Assembly: GCF_009834535.1 (NCBI RefSeq)
Contig: NC_045697.1
Coordinates: 12,774,001-12,838,000 of the forward strand
Direction: 5' to 3'
From: Camelus ferus
Lineage: Eukaryota
Length of the DNA: 64,000 bases
Each line of letters opens with the position of its first letter. The stretch's first letter is position 1. Made by a program: the position numbers and the translations under genes. Positions 12,021 through 24,277 of the stretch are shown here, piece by piece. The notes below the pieces were generated by a model. The model searched no databases. It was not told the DNA's origin and saw nothing but the letters and a program-made list of their open reading frames with translations.

Positions 12021-13614
12021 AACACTGTGAAGTTGTCTTATTGATCAGGAATAAAAGTTTATCCTGAGTAGCGTGGTGTCTAGTAAAAAAGTGCTCTTCC
12101 ATAAAACATAATATCCAAGAACTTTCCTTCCTTGAATAGCATAGACATTTTTGTCAATGTCTTAGAAAATAAAATGTATTGCTATTGAGATAAAAAATAA
12201 ACCTCTATGACCATTACTTAAAGCATGTTTTGGAACTTGTTGCTTGACTAATAGAAAGCATTTGTGTTGAAAATAGGGCAGCTGATATCACTTTTTCTCA
12301 ATAGTGTCAATATTCGGTAAACATTAGATTTTATTGGAAAAATAAGGGAAAGCAATTTCAGTATCTGTAATGCATGTTACAGAATAAGAGATGGTATGAG
12401 AAGGGAAAACGCTCCAGTAGTTTTTGACCACTGCTGCTGGCATGCTGACTTTGTGGGAAGGTGGAAGTGATTGTCACATTTTAATTTACGTAGAAGAAAT
12501 ATGACATGGGTTTCATGACAAATGCATATCCGAGAGATATTTCTGTACAGGAGAAAAGAAATAGCTGCTAAGTGGATCCTGATTTGGGGCATAATCAAAA
12601 CTTGACAATTTCCATATTTATGTATTTGTGAACATGTCCTTTGTGGACTTTTAAATAGACATTTATAAAAGGTTTAGTATTTTTGGCAGGGAAAACGCAT
12701 AAAGAATATGTTGCCATTTTGGAACTTGAATTAGGACACAAAAATACATTAGTCTATCCATTTTCTTACTTTGTTTAAAGAAAGAGAAGGATATTGAGCA
12801 TTAAGTGTATTATTAAATTAGGGCCCCCTTAGGATCTGTGCATTATCCAACCAGATGTATGTGCTATACGTGCCTGATTACTCTACACACTATTTCTTTC
12901 TCTTGCTGTCTCCCTTGCTCCTAGACAAAGTGAATCAGTGGTGTTCCAAGTGGAATGGGAGTAGTATGGAATAGAGGGAAACTACGGAGATTTTTATCTC
13001 TACTTTCTGCACAGCACAGCCAAAGTTCTCCAAAAATTTGCAATAGTCACAGCTCGCTTCACTTGCCTCTGGCTTAGACACCTTCCTACTTCTACATTCC
13101 GTCAAAACAACCCTGAGTAAGGCTGCCAAAGAGCACTCCAAACAGAGGATCAAGTACAAGATGCTTTATGCATCCACCCAGTTGAGAGCTCTCTTGTTTC
13201 ACCGCTTTGGTTAAAAGGAAGCTATTCACTGCTGCCTCTTTTCTTACTCTATAGCCACTCCCTTGTGTTTCTGTTGCACACCTATGCAGGACACCGAAGT
13301 ATGGCTTGTCCCCAGATTCCTGTCTGCTGACTCTGTACCATATATTCCTAATTTTCTATGTATGGGCTCATGGCATTACAAAATTAGAAACTTGGGTTTG
13401 GAGTTCACATTCAAATGTATTAAAAGACTCAGGACAACGTTGCAAAGTCATTCATTAATGTGACATAATTAGCTTAACACTATTTCATGATGTAGGGAAA
13501 ACGCATAGTCTTTGTACTACTTAAGTGGGTAAGGTTGTTTTCTCGATTATATAGTCTCACTAACTAGCCAGATAAGCCTAAGAAATTTAAAAGTAGAAGT
13601 GATTTCTGCATGCT

Positions 13615-13830
13615 TATTTTTCCCCTGCTCCAGCAGCCCTTGAGGACAAATGTTCCATTGTATTTACAAATGTAATCTCATTAAAATCTCTTACTAATTT
13701 TGTGATGAAGACACTATGCCCATTTAACAGATGATGACTGATGAAACTGAGACTTAATGAGGTTAAATAAATTAGCTAACATCACATAGCTTATAAGGTA
13801 AAGAGCTCTAATGTGAACCTTATTACCCCT
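13615..13830 (-). mobile_element. MIR remnant
   Basis: 'atgaaactgagacttaatgaggttaaataaattagctaacatcacatagct'. Confidence 0.55.
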
Positions 13831-13905
13831 ACACTGTACTTAGTGGTGACATATAATTTGGTCCACTCTATTTTCTACTTTGAAAAGGTTGTTTTTCAAT
13901 TGTGT

Positions 13906-14241
13906 TGTTATAGACTGAATGTTTGTGCCCCTTCCAAATTCATAGTGGAGGCTTTGGAAAATAGTTAGGATGAGATGAGGCCATGAGGGTGGAGCCCTCA
14001 TGAATGCGATTAGTGTCCCTATACGAGTCAGGAGAGAGCTTACTCCTCTCTCCTCTTTGTCATGTGAAAATACAATGAGAAGTAGGCACTCTGCAACCCG
14101 GCAGAGGGTCCTTACCAGAAGGTGACCATGCTTCCACCCTAATCTTAGACTTTCAGCCTCCAGAACTGTAAGAAGTAAGTTTCTGCTGTTTATAAGCTGC
14201 CCAGTCTACAATACTTTGTTATAGCAGCTGAAACCAAGACA
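13906..14241 (+). mobile_element. MaLR solo LTR (MLT1A/A0-like)
   Basis: TG...CA ends: 'tgttatagactgaatgtttgtgcccc...gggtggagccctcatgaatg...ttcagcctccagaactgtaagaa...ttgttatagcagc...aagaca'. Confidence 0.85.
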
Positions 14242-15724
14242 AATGTCATTGCCTCAATGTTTTTCCCTAGAAGTTCCAAAGTTTTCTTCTTCCCTCTGTG
14301 CCTTCTTTCCTTTTTCCTATCTTCCTTCCATCTTAACTTTTCTCATTCATTGAAACTTTAAAGACCATGTTAGTCAACACCTGGGCAAAACAATGATTCC
14401 AAGAGGATCACAATCCACTTGGCTAGATTTTATTGGCTAGATGTGAAATTTTAGAGAGAGATAGATCATCTACAGTCATTTTGGTGTTTGTCTCCAAAGT
14501 TCCTTTCCAGTGACCAAAACTGAGCATCTTCTTTTTTTCTTCTTCTCTTCTTTCCACGCATCCCAGAGACCTAGACCGCTCTCTTACTCTTCCACCACTC
14601 GCTATATTCTTTGGGTTTCTTCTCCCTGCATACCAGGTTGCAGAGAGACTGCATTTCTCCAAACGCTTCTCTTTCTGGCCTCCCTCAAGGGAAACTATAC
14701 AGTACTAACTTAAAGGAAAAAATCCCTTTTAGATTTCAAAACAGTTTTCCCCAACGGCTGAATTTAATCTCAAGATTCAGTTTTTTCCCTCTGGCGCTCG
14801 AATGTTTGCATTTCTTTGTTAATAGGTGAGGGCAGAAGAAGAGACTGCAAGCGAGTGCAGGAAACCTGGGGTCAGTTTCACTGGGCTACTGTTTTAGAAC
14901 TCTTCCTAGGAGAACTCCAAGCCTACGAGGAAATAAAAGCCACCAGGTTTATTTTCATGCATGCAGAATCCTTTGCTCCTGAGTTGACAACAAAAAGCTA
15001 AGTGCTGTGTTATATGAGGCACCCAGTCCCCTGGGGCAGAGAATGGAGGCCTGCTCACACGGTAGGTGCAGCTAAAGGCTGTTGATTCACTATCTGCTTC
15101 TGGGAGTGTCGGGGGGAAACATTATTCCTCATACATATTATTCATTTGTTTATTTATGCATGAGATAGTTATTGAGAAAATAACACTCCAGAAGAAATGG
15201 CACGTGCTTCTGGACACTCACAATTTATAGAAGACTTCCTTCCCTCAGTCCCCGACTGCATCTTATATCTTGGTCAGCTTTTACCGATGGTCAGTCATGG
15301 AGAAACCAGCCTGTACCACAGCAACTGGGGACACAATTAACCCCTCCATGTGTTGAGTTATTTATGAGCCCATCAGCTGTTTGAGGGACAACAGTAATCT
15401 TTGACAGTAGTGTCACACCTGGCTTAAAGGACATCAAAGAGCATCTATGACTCCCCTTTGCCTTTGGGGCCAAGTGTGAGCTCTGCGTTGTGGTGCGGGG
15501 AGCTCTGTAATAACCGAGCACTGACTAATCTTGACTCAACTGTCACTGCTCTGGTTTGTGCTTCACTCACTAACAAAATCAGACCGCTGGAAGTTCCACA
15601 CGTCAACATGTTTCCCACTTCCTACCATTCATCTCTGCCTGTAATGTTCCCCGTTTCCATGACCCACTTCCCCTCCCCGACTATGCTTTGGGGCAGCACC
15701 CCCAACCCGCTAGTTCCTAATGAT

Positions 15725-16002
15725 CCTCAGAGGTTCAGTTTGCCATGACCTCCCCAGGAAGCCATGCCTGACTCCAAGAACGTTAGACTTTGATACTCTC
15801 CTTCTGTATTCATTAAACACTACTTAGTGCACTCAGCTGCCCCTCTGCAATTGTAATGACCTATTTTCGTGTCAGACTGCTCACTGTGCTGTGACATTCC
15901 TAAAGGCAGGATCTCCGCATTATCTATTTTTATATACCCATGCTCTTGCGTGGTATCTGACATGAAGCAGGAATGAGTGAACAAAACCAATGAATAAATG
16001 CA
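15725..16002 (+). mobile_element. L2 3' end
   Basis: 'acctccccaggaagcc...tcctaaaggcagga...tggtatctgacat...aatgaataaatg'. Confidence 0.55.
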
Positions 16003-16029
16003 AGAATAGTGAGGTTTAGCTTTGTACCA

Positions 16030-16500
16030 GTTTGAAATTGCATGTGGTATTGAGTGACAGATCCAGACACCAAGGAAATAGTGATTCTCACGCAATATGA
16101 GGACATAGGTGGTCCCGTGTCAGTAGATGTGCTTCATGCACATCTTAAATGACCCAGGGTTTTTTATATTTTTGTTCTTCACTCTTAGTAAATGATACCC
16201 TCCAAATCTGCTCATGGTCACAGATGACTGCTTAGCTCTAGTCATCAAGTCTGCATCCTAGTCAGGGAGCAAGCTGCAGGAAGAGGGAATACAAAGTTGC
16301 ATAGCAATTGAGCGGTTTTTAGGCCTTTTCTCCAAAAGCCAACTGCCACTTCTGCTTACATCTCATTAGCTAGAATTTAATCGTATGGCCACTTCCACCT
16401 GACAGTGAACCTGAGAAATGCAGAGTTTTTGTTGTATACATTGTCACATCCAACAAATCAAAGTTCTGTGAGGGTGGGAGAGAGGAGAGTGGATATTGTC
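16030..16500 (-). mobile_element. Old MaLR LTR (MLT1K/L-like)
   Basis: 'ctcatggtcacagatgactgc...acttctgcttacatctcattagctagaatttaatcgtatggccac'. Confidence 0.5.
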
Positions 16501-16624
16501 GGCCCCAGGCAATAAAGAACATTTGAGTGTCTAATGTTATGAGTTGATTTAAATGGAGGCTGTAATTCCAATCTTCCAGTTGAATTGAAATATCTAAATT
16601 CTTTGTGTGGCTATTTTATGAATT

Positions 16625-17045
16625 AAGGTCTAGTTAGGGAAACATACTACTGTTCAATATCAGAGAATTAATACAGGGGTTTTAGAACAGCTGAAAGGCT
16701 AAACAGGGAACTAAGCAGCAGCCAGAGTTAGCAGCAGATAAACAACGTGAGAAGGTAGTATCACTGGGGCCCGGGAGACAAAGCGGCCTGCTGGGCCCTG
16801 GGCATCAGTCGGAGTTGACTGGAAGGGTCTGGGACCATATAGGAGATGCAACCGCTAACAGACACAAGAGAGAGACAGTAAGAGTCTAGATTCTCCCTCC
16901 CACCTGCCTTCAGTCTCCACCAGTGCCCCCCATTCTCTGCACATAGTCAGAAGCCTATGGTTAGGGCAGCTTGGGAAAAGTTTACAGCGTCAGCCCACTG
17001 TGATTGGGGAATGGATCTGAGAGAAAATGTGCAAATGTCTAGCAC
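16625..17045. mobile_element. Ancient LTR remnant, family uncertain
   Basis: 'ccttcagtctccaccagtgccccccatt...agtcagaagcc...gggaatggatctgagag...tctagcaca' resembles old eutherian LTR text. Confidence 0.35.
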
Positions 17046-17139
17046 AGGCGCTGGTAGTGGGGCAAAGAACAACCTTCCTAAATGCAGCTTTTCGTAAGTC
17101 AGTAGGGGAAGGAGTGCACGGTAGCGAGGCAGGTACTCA

Positions 17140-17520
17140 CTTGTATTCAGAAGTGAATTTATGTATTAGCTCCTCGCTTACCAGCTGTAGGACTTTTAGC
17201 AAGCCACATAAACTCCCTGAGCCTCGGTTTCTTAATTTTAAAAATAGAGATGTTAAATATCTCATCTACTTTCCTCAAAGGGTCCCTATGAATGTTGAAG
17301 AAGATTAAAACATCTATGTGAATACGTCATAAAGGATGTATTTGAAGATGACTTACGAAGCAACTGCTATGTTCCAGGTACTGTCTATGTGCTTTACCCA
17401 TGCCATCTGATTTAACCCTCACAATGGTATTTATAGGAAGGGATGAACTGGTCCATTTATAGATAAAATTGAAGAACAAGGTAAGAATTGAGGCTAGAGA
17501 GGTTGATAGTGACTTGATTC
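17140..17520. mobile_element. Two MIR remnants, tail to tail (+ ~17140-17320, - ~17350-17520)
   Basis: 'aagccacataaactccctgagcctcggtttctt' and 'tgttccaggtactgt...atttaaccctcacaa...gaggctagagaggtt'. Confidence 0.55.
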
Positions 17521-18272
17521 TAAAATGTCTTGTAGATATTGTTAAGAGAGTTGCTTTTTTAAATGCTATTTTTAAAATAACCTTTGTTATTTAAATGTCT
17601 GAAGTTACTTTTTTAATGTTTAAACAAATGAGACATAATGAGGTCTAAATTTAAGAAATAAAAACCGAGGTGGCAGGGAGCGGGTTGACTGGGGGTGAGA
17701 GGAACTGGTAGAATGGAGAAAGCAGGATCAATAGCACAGGACTCGCTTCTTTGATTTTCAAATCTATTGCAATACTGCGTTTCAAATTATTGGTTTTTTA
17801 AATCATCTAAAGGGAAAATATGCTCTATATAGAGAGATTTTGAAATAAATATTTCACTAAGATTAACTAAACCTCAATCAAAATTGGTATCTGACGAAGG
17901 ATTAAATTAGAATTAGAATTTCCTTAGAACTCTCACTTTTGCTTGTTAAGTTCTGATACCTTTATGGTGCTAAAGGGCATGGATTTGACTGAGGGCCACG
18001 TCCACTCCGGCCAGTACAGAGTTTGTCTGTGATCAGGAACAGTGTGGGGCATGATGTGCATTTGCCTGTTTCTGGGCTTGTGTGGGTTCCTTGTTTCTGA
18101 ACATGGTCCTCTGCACCCGTTTCTGTGTGTCTGGTTTTGCGTATTTGTCAAATGCTTTCTCAGAGGATGTGGCAGTGGTGAAAGGGAGCGCCTAACATCT
18201 CTGGAAAACCTCAAACCTGCTTGAAGGTGATCAAACATAGACCTTTTCAGAATCACAGTTGCAAACAGATGC

Positions 18273-18497
18273 ATTTTTTTGTATATATATTTTTTTATTG
18301 AAGTATTTTTATTGAAGTATTTTTTTATTGAAGTCAGTTTACAATGTTGTGTCAATTTATATAAAATACATAAACAGGTTTATACTGCATAGCACAGGGA
18401 ACCTATATTCAATACCTTGTAGTAACTTATGGTAAAAAAAAGAATACGAAAACGAATATACATATGTTCATGTTTGAAGCATTATGCTGAATACCAG
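18273..18497 (-). mobile_element. Short young L1 3'-end insertion with twin-priming inversion
   Basis: Antisense L1 terminus 'tttattgaagtcagtttacaatgttgtgtcaattt' joined to a sense upstream piece ending 'cattatgctgaataccag'. Imperfect TSD cagatgcattt / caggtgtattt. Confidence 0.8.
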
Positions 18498-18576
18498 GTG
18501 TATTTATTTTTATTATTTTATTTGAAAGTATTGACTGATATAAGCCAATGTGTAATCTCTTATATTGGGATTACCT

Positions 18577-19110
18577 TGTACTGGATTGCATGATGGTCTT
18601 CAGAACCTTCCTCAGTGTCCTTCTTATGCTTTCTTCGGTGTCTTAGGGCCTAAAAGGCCAGGAACTACACTTCCCAGTGTTTCTCACTGTGTATTTCTGG
18701 TTTTCCTTTTTCTAATGAATGGCACTGCATTAGTGTAGGAAGGTGGGAGGAAGCAGAAGCCATGATACTTCTTTGTCAATGGTAGGTAGGTAGCACCTGA
18801 TCTTTAGCAGATGTGAGGTTCAGCAGTAATTTCTGGGAACACTTTTAAAGTCACCAGCCTCACTGTTCCAGGCAGCAGTGACTATCTGACAGTGGTTTCC
18901 TGGAGTTCCTGACCTGGTTGAAACTTGCTGATTCTCAGAAGGCTGGTCAGGTCAACCTGAGAGCTAGTGTCAGCCTTCTCTGATTTTCCCTGATCTCCTC
19001 TAGCCTTTCTAACGGTACTACTGGCACCAAATTCTGGGTATTCAATCCTTTCCTGCTTGAAATCTCTAAAGTAGCTTCTGTTTCTCAAACCTGACCAAAT
19101 ATATCCCATG
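18577..19110 (+). mobile_element. ERVL LTR (LTR33-like)
   Basis: 'ggaactacacttcccag...gcagaagccat...tattcaatcctttcctgcttgaaatctctaaagtagcttctgtttctc'. Confidence 0.6.
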
Positions 19111-19512
19111 GATCCTGGTACCCACCACATTACTTAGAAATGTAAGGAGGAAATTACTTTTTTATTGCTGATTACTCATAAGGACACATAGTAGATTGAA
19201 AGACAATCTGAATGGCAGAAACAGGTAGATACACTGAGACATCTCTCCTATCCAATGTGACATCACATTTCTTGAACCAAATCTTTGAAAATTCATGATC
19301 TGTTCTCTTGAGTTATGGTTTCCACACTGTAGAAGCCTTCTCTCTTTTTATAGCAAACAACTTCTGGCAGGCCTTGTTTTTAACTCCTCCAGACAACCTT
19401 GTAAGAATTCTAGGGTGAACATAATGAAACTATCACCTGAGACCTCTGTTATACATGTGTGAACAGTGTATTAAATAAGCACAAATCATGGCTTCATCAA
19501 AACACACCTACA

Positions 19513-20206
19513 TTTTGATTTTTTTTTCTCTGACTTACTTCACTTAGAATGACAATCACCAGATACATCATGTTGCTGAAAATGGCACTATTTTATTCTT
19601 TTTTATGGCTGAGTAGTATTCCATTGTATAAGTATACCACATCTTCTTTATCCAGTCATCTGTCATTGGACACTTAGGTTGCTTCCATGTCTTGGCTATT
19701 GTGAATAGTGCTGCTATGAACATTGGGGTGCATGTATCTTTTTGAATTAAGGTTCCCTCTGGATATATGCCCAGGAGTGGGATTGCTGGATCATATGGTA
19801 AGTCTATTTTCAGTCTTTTGAGGAATCTCCATACTGTTTTCCATAATGGCTGCACCAAACTACATGCCCACCAACAGTGTAGGAAGGTTCCCTTTTCTCC
19901 ACAGCCTCTCCAGCATTTATTGTTTGTGGACTTTTTAACGATGGCCATTCTGACTGGTGTGATGTGATAATACCATATGATATCACTTATATGTGGAATC
20001 TTAAAAAAAAAACAAAGAAACGTATTTACAAAAAGAAACAGACTCACAGACAGAAGAAACAAACTTATGGTTACTGGGGTGGGGGTAGGGGAAGGGGGTG
20101 GGAAGGAATAAATTGAGAGTCCAAGATTTGCAGATACTAACTACTATATATAAAATAGATAAACAACAAGTCCTTACTATAGAGCACAGGGAACTATATT
20201 CGATAT
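19513..20206 (+). mobile_element. Young L1 with inverted 5' segment (antisense 19513-19968, sense 19969-20206)
   Basis: Minus ORF 19568-20062 contains a well-preserved ORF2 C-terminus '[27 protein letters not shown]...[13 protein letters not shown]...TWKQPKCP...WIKKMWY'. Sense 3' UTR 'ataccatatgatatcacttatatgtggaatc' follows. Confidence 0.9.
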
Positions 20207-21139
20207 TAGGTAAAATGCAGTCTGATAGTCACTTTACAAAATAAATACTATCTTAATTCAGAAATTTGGCATCCAGTGTAAATTATTCATCAAAACTCTG
20301 AACATGGTTTAACGTCAATCTTCTCTCCTCCTCATATTCTAACCTGCTTCAGGGTGTGAGCCTGTAATTGACTGGTTGATCCTATTTCTCTGCCTGCTTT
20401 TCCTCCTTCACCCCCATTTGTTTGCTTCCAGAATTCTGAGAGTCCAAGTTTAAAGGAAAGGAATGGAGATGTGATAACACATAAGAAAGAACAATTGATT
20501 GATTCTCATGTAGCTGGCTTTGTGTTCTCAGGTCCCGTCTTATGTATAAAGCTATATCTTTCTTTATTGTAGGGTCAGTTTTTGGCCTTTTGTCAGGACC
20601 CTCATTGCCTCCTCTAACTGCAGTTTCCTTGATCTGGGCTGTTTGCCTCAGGCATTTTCTGAACCTCTAACGAACCAGTGTTCATATAATATCTAGCTTC
20701 CTGGTGCTGGGTTTCCCCTGCCTCTATAGACCAACTTATTGGTAAGGTACCAAGAAGATCACAAGTCAGTTCTCTGTTTCCTGTCTTCCTACATCAGGTC
20801 CATGGGAAACACCCATGATTTCTTTTCACTGACAAACTCAAGGACCACAGCCATCTCTCCTCCTTCCTTCCAATTCTTCCTGACACATGTAATCTTTCCT
20901 GCCCCTCCTTTTCCATGAACATCCATGATGGTCTTTTCATCTACTCCTTCATTGTAATCTCATCAATTCAATACCTTTGTTGAGTTATATTTAATCTGAG
21001 TATCATTTCCCATGTCCATGTGGTATTTTTTTATTCTGTACCTTTCTCTTGTTTGCTAGAACCTCTTCACCCTCTTCCTTAATAGAATTTTTACATCTTG
21101 ATTTTGAAAGTGAGAGTAACTCTATAGAAATCTTTCTTT

Positions 21140-21320
21140 GCTCTTCACCAGCAGCATGACCTTGGACCAGTTATTTAATCTCCTTGTACCTCACTCTCCT
21201 CCTCTGTGAAGCAGGGATTAAAAAGTATCTAAGACATAGATTTCTTGTGGAAAATAGCTAACATGATCCACGAGAAGAAGGCCTTAGCACAATACCTTGT
21301 GCTCAATAAATACTGGCTTT
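21140..21320 (+). mobile_element. MIR
   Basis: 'tgaccttggaccagttatttaatctccttgtacctcac...tctgtgaagcaggga...cttagcacaatacc...gctcaataaatact'. Confidence 0.65.
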
Positions 21321-21923
21321 TTGCTGTTATTACCTACGTCCAACTACACTTTTGCTTCCCAGGATGACAACTCTTAAGAGTTACCTTCACTAATAATTTT
21401 TGTGAAAGTGATTTGTGGGAGAGGAATTTGATTGAAGTAATTTGTGGGAGAGGAGTCTAGCTCCCTTCTAATTTCAGGGGGTCATCTGAAGGTTGGGAAT
21501 TTGCTAACACCACTTGCATGGAGGAAGGATATGACTGAAATTCTGATGTGGAGAAAGTAATACACAAGACCAAGAGCAAACCTTGGAGTTGAGTAGAGGA
21601 GAAGGAACTAGCAAAGTAAAGAAACAAATAAGCAATGAATAATGTCAGATAAGAAATAGGAAAACTCAGTATGCAAATTGTGGAATGAGAGATGTGTCCA
21701 AAAGAATGGATGCTGGTGTTCCTCATTACAGTAGAGAGGTTAAGGAAATCAACTTCTACTTCAGTAAGAACATCAGCTACTTTTAAGTGAAGAAGTGCCT
21801 GCTATGCACCAAGCAAAGACTCCAAGGCAAACCTAGGAGATCCAAACCATATCTTCAGAGCTATGATTAAGAAATCATGTCTTAAAGAGAGCAAAAAGAG
21901 AACCATTCATGTCCCATTCGAAC

Positions 21924-22255
21924 AGTAGTTCTTAATCTGGGAAACTTTAAAAAAAATACCTGTGCCTGGGTTTCACCCTCAAAAGATTCTGATATAATTA
22001 GTCTGAGAAGTCTGATGTTTTATAAAGCCCCAAGTTCATTCTAACATTCAGTCAAGTTTGAGAATCATGTACTGGAGAGTGGTTCTCAAAGTATGGCCTA
22101 GACCAGCAGAATCAGCTTCATGTATACATGTGCTGGTGTGATGAATTCTCTGATCATTCCCCACATATGCAGAATCTGAAACATTGGGAATGCGCCTAGC
22201 ATTTCATCAAGCTCTTTAGATGCTTCTGATACACACTAAAATTTGGGAGCCATTG
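21924..22255. mobile_element. Two adjacent MER5-family (hAT-Charlie) elements (~21924-22069, ~22078-22255)
   Basis: MER5-like termini 'cagtagttctta...tttgagaatcatg' and 'agtggttctcaaagtatggcc...aaatttgggagccattg'. Confidence 0.65.
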
Positions 22256-22744
22256 TATCAATATGGAGATTCAGTGGTGTTTTGAGGGGGGAAAAAAGGC
22301 TAAGTTGTAGTCTTTGCATAGAAGATACAGGATAAGAAACTGAAGGTAGACATGAATGTATCCACAGCTTGGTGGTAGAGCATGGTTTTGCAGTTTCTCC
22401 CCCTTTTCCTTCTGCCTCTACTTCCATTTTGTCTTTGATTTCTGGTTTATGCAGCATTTTTCTATTTACTCAGGTATTAACACTGTATTTCTTAAACACT
22501 ATGGATAAGCTGAGCTGCCATGGATACTTTGCTCATGGTTGGAAATTTCAACGCTATGAAATTTGACATAGAGACAAGAGGGAATTGGAAAGGGAACGTA
22601 AACATGTCAGTGCTCAGAGAGGTGAAGTAATTTGCCTACTGCTTCTCAGTTATTAGGTTGCAAACCTGGGATTAGAATCCAGGGCTATTTCTCTTTCTAG
22701 TATTTGTGCTTCCCCCTACTATTGTGTACATCAGTGTCTTCTTT

Positions 22745-23060
22745 CTGGGCACACTTCTAGACCATGATTTCTAGTCTTTCTTGCAGCGAGATGTGGCCAT
22801 GTGTTTAGTTAATGGGAGAAGAAGTGAAGTGCATCACTTCAAGGTTTGGCTTATTAAAATATCACCCCTTTTATTCTTTATGCTCTTCTCTTTCTGATGG
22901 CTTTATGCAGATGTGCTTGGCAACCCCATTAATGAGGAGGGTGCAGCGAACAAGATGGTAGAAGCCTGATTTCCTTGAATCAGCAGTTGTGACAAAAACT
23001 TTGGACTTCACATAAGAGATTAAGAAGACTTCTGAAATTTGAGTGGTAAATGAAAAAACA
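22745..23060 (+). mobile_element. Old MaLR LTR (MLT1I/J-like)
   Basis: 'cttgcagcgagatgtggccatgtg...agaagtgaagtgcatcacttc...caagatggtagaagcctga...ttggacttcac'. Confidence 0.45.
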
Positions 23061-24189
23061 GCTGATAAAACACCCCAAATCTACAATGATCACTCAAAAT
23101 GCTCCTACACTGGTGTTAAGCAGGTCTTCCTCCTTCTTGTCTCTGCTCACCATCACACCCAAAGCAGCTAAAACAGTCTGAGCCCTTGTGTCTGACATGC
23201 TTTTGCATTTGCTGTGACTGATTAATTTCTGCCCATAATTTGCCAGTTTTGTGTGGATTTAGGAGACAGACTTTTGCCTCCAGAACAGGATCCTGGTAGG
23301 AGTCAGCATTCCACTCAGCAGTCAGAGCATGGCCAATCAACTAACAAGTGAGTTGATGTTTGTGCAATCAACTCACTAGGGTCTCTTAGAGCACTGCTTT
23401 ACTTGTGTGCTGCTGATCTTTGATCCAAAGCTCCCATTTGCTTCAGATATATTATTGAACCAAGCTTGCTGAGCAAATTAACCCCCAAGGGTTTTCTGGA
23501 AATCAGCAAAGCAGATTTTTGAGCCCATCAGACGTTCTTCAACAACATTCATGAGGTTAGTGTCATTAGAAAGAAAGTTCAGATTATCTGCCTTCCTATG
23601 TATTTTTAAATGCACTTTAACTAAATAGAGTCTGATGCTCCAACTGGTTCTCATTATGCACTAATTACTTGCTAAATTTAATTCAGAAGAACAAAGAAAT
23701 TTTGAGTTATTCAAGGACAAAAAAGTCGCCGATTCTCAAAAATACACATTTTTTACATTCCTGCTACTCAAAAATAGCTAACACATATTTTTTCACGTTT
23801 CAGGGGAAAATCTCCCAGGCTAAGGAATTTGTTCCAAGTTTTGTCAAGGAAAGAATTTATGCTTTAATTTTGTGCCCCAAAATAGAAGAAAGTTGGAGTA
23901 AGTCTATCTTTTTGGTTCTAAAATGCCTTTACTTAATGGTATTTTTTTTAGCGTGATTTTTGACTTTGACTTTTTAATCTTGATTTTGACTATCCCAAAG
24001 TGTTGTAACTCTTGATAATTTATTAATATTCATTTTTTTTTACCCAAATGCTTATGGACAGCTTTTCATGCTATGCACCTTCTTTGAAATTCACAATATC
24101 ACCAGCATACTGGACGTTCTGGCATGTCCCTCTGTAAAGACATCCTCCTCATCCTCCCCATTTTTGGTGGCACTTTTTGTTCCACCAAC

Positions 24190-24257
24190 AAAAAAAAAAA
24201 AAAAAAAAAAAAAGAAAGAAAAAAGAAAAAAAAGAGAAGAAGAAAAAAAGAAAAAAA
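24190..24257. repeat. A/AAG-rich low-complexity tract
   Basis: Long A run followed by aaag/gaa units, directly visible. Confidence 0.9.
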
Positions 24258-24277
24258 TTGTTTCCCAAAATACTTAC

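Noticed and set aside
17933..18355. 140-aa minus-strand ORF
   Set aside because: Starts inside an L1 tail; no recognisable domain or supporting gene structure
19568..20062. Longest ORF (164 aa) as a host gene
   Set aside because: Chimeric read-through across an L1 inversion junction into the L1 ORF2 C-terminus
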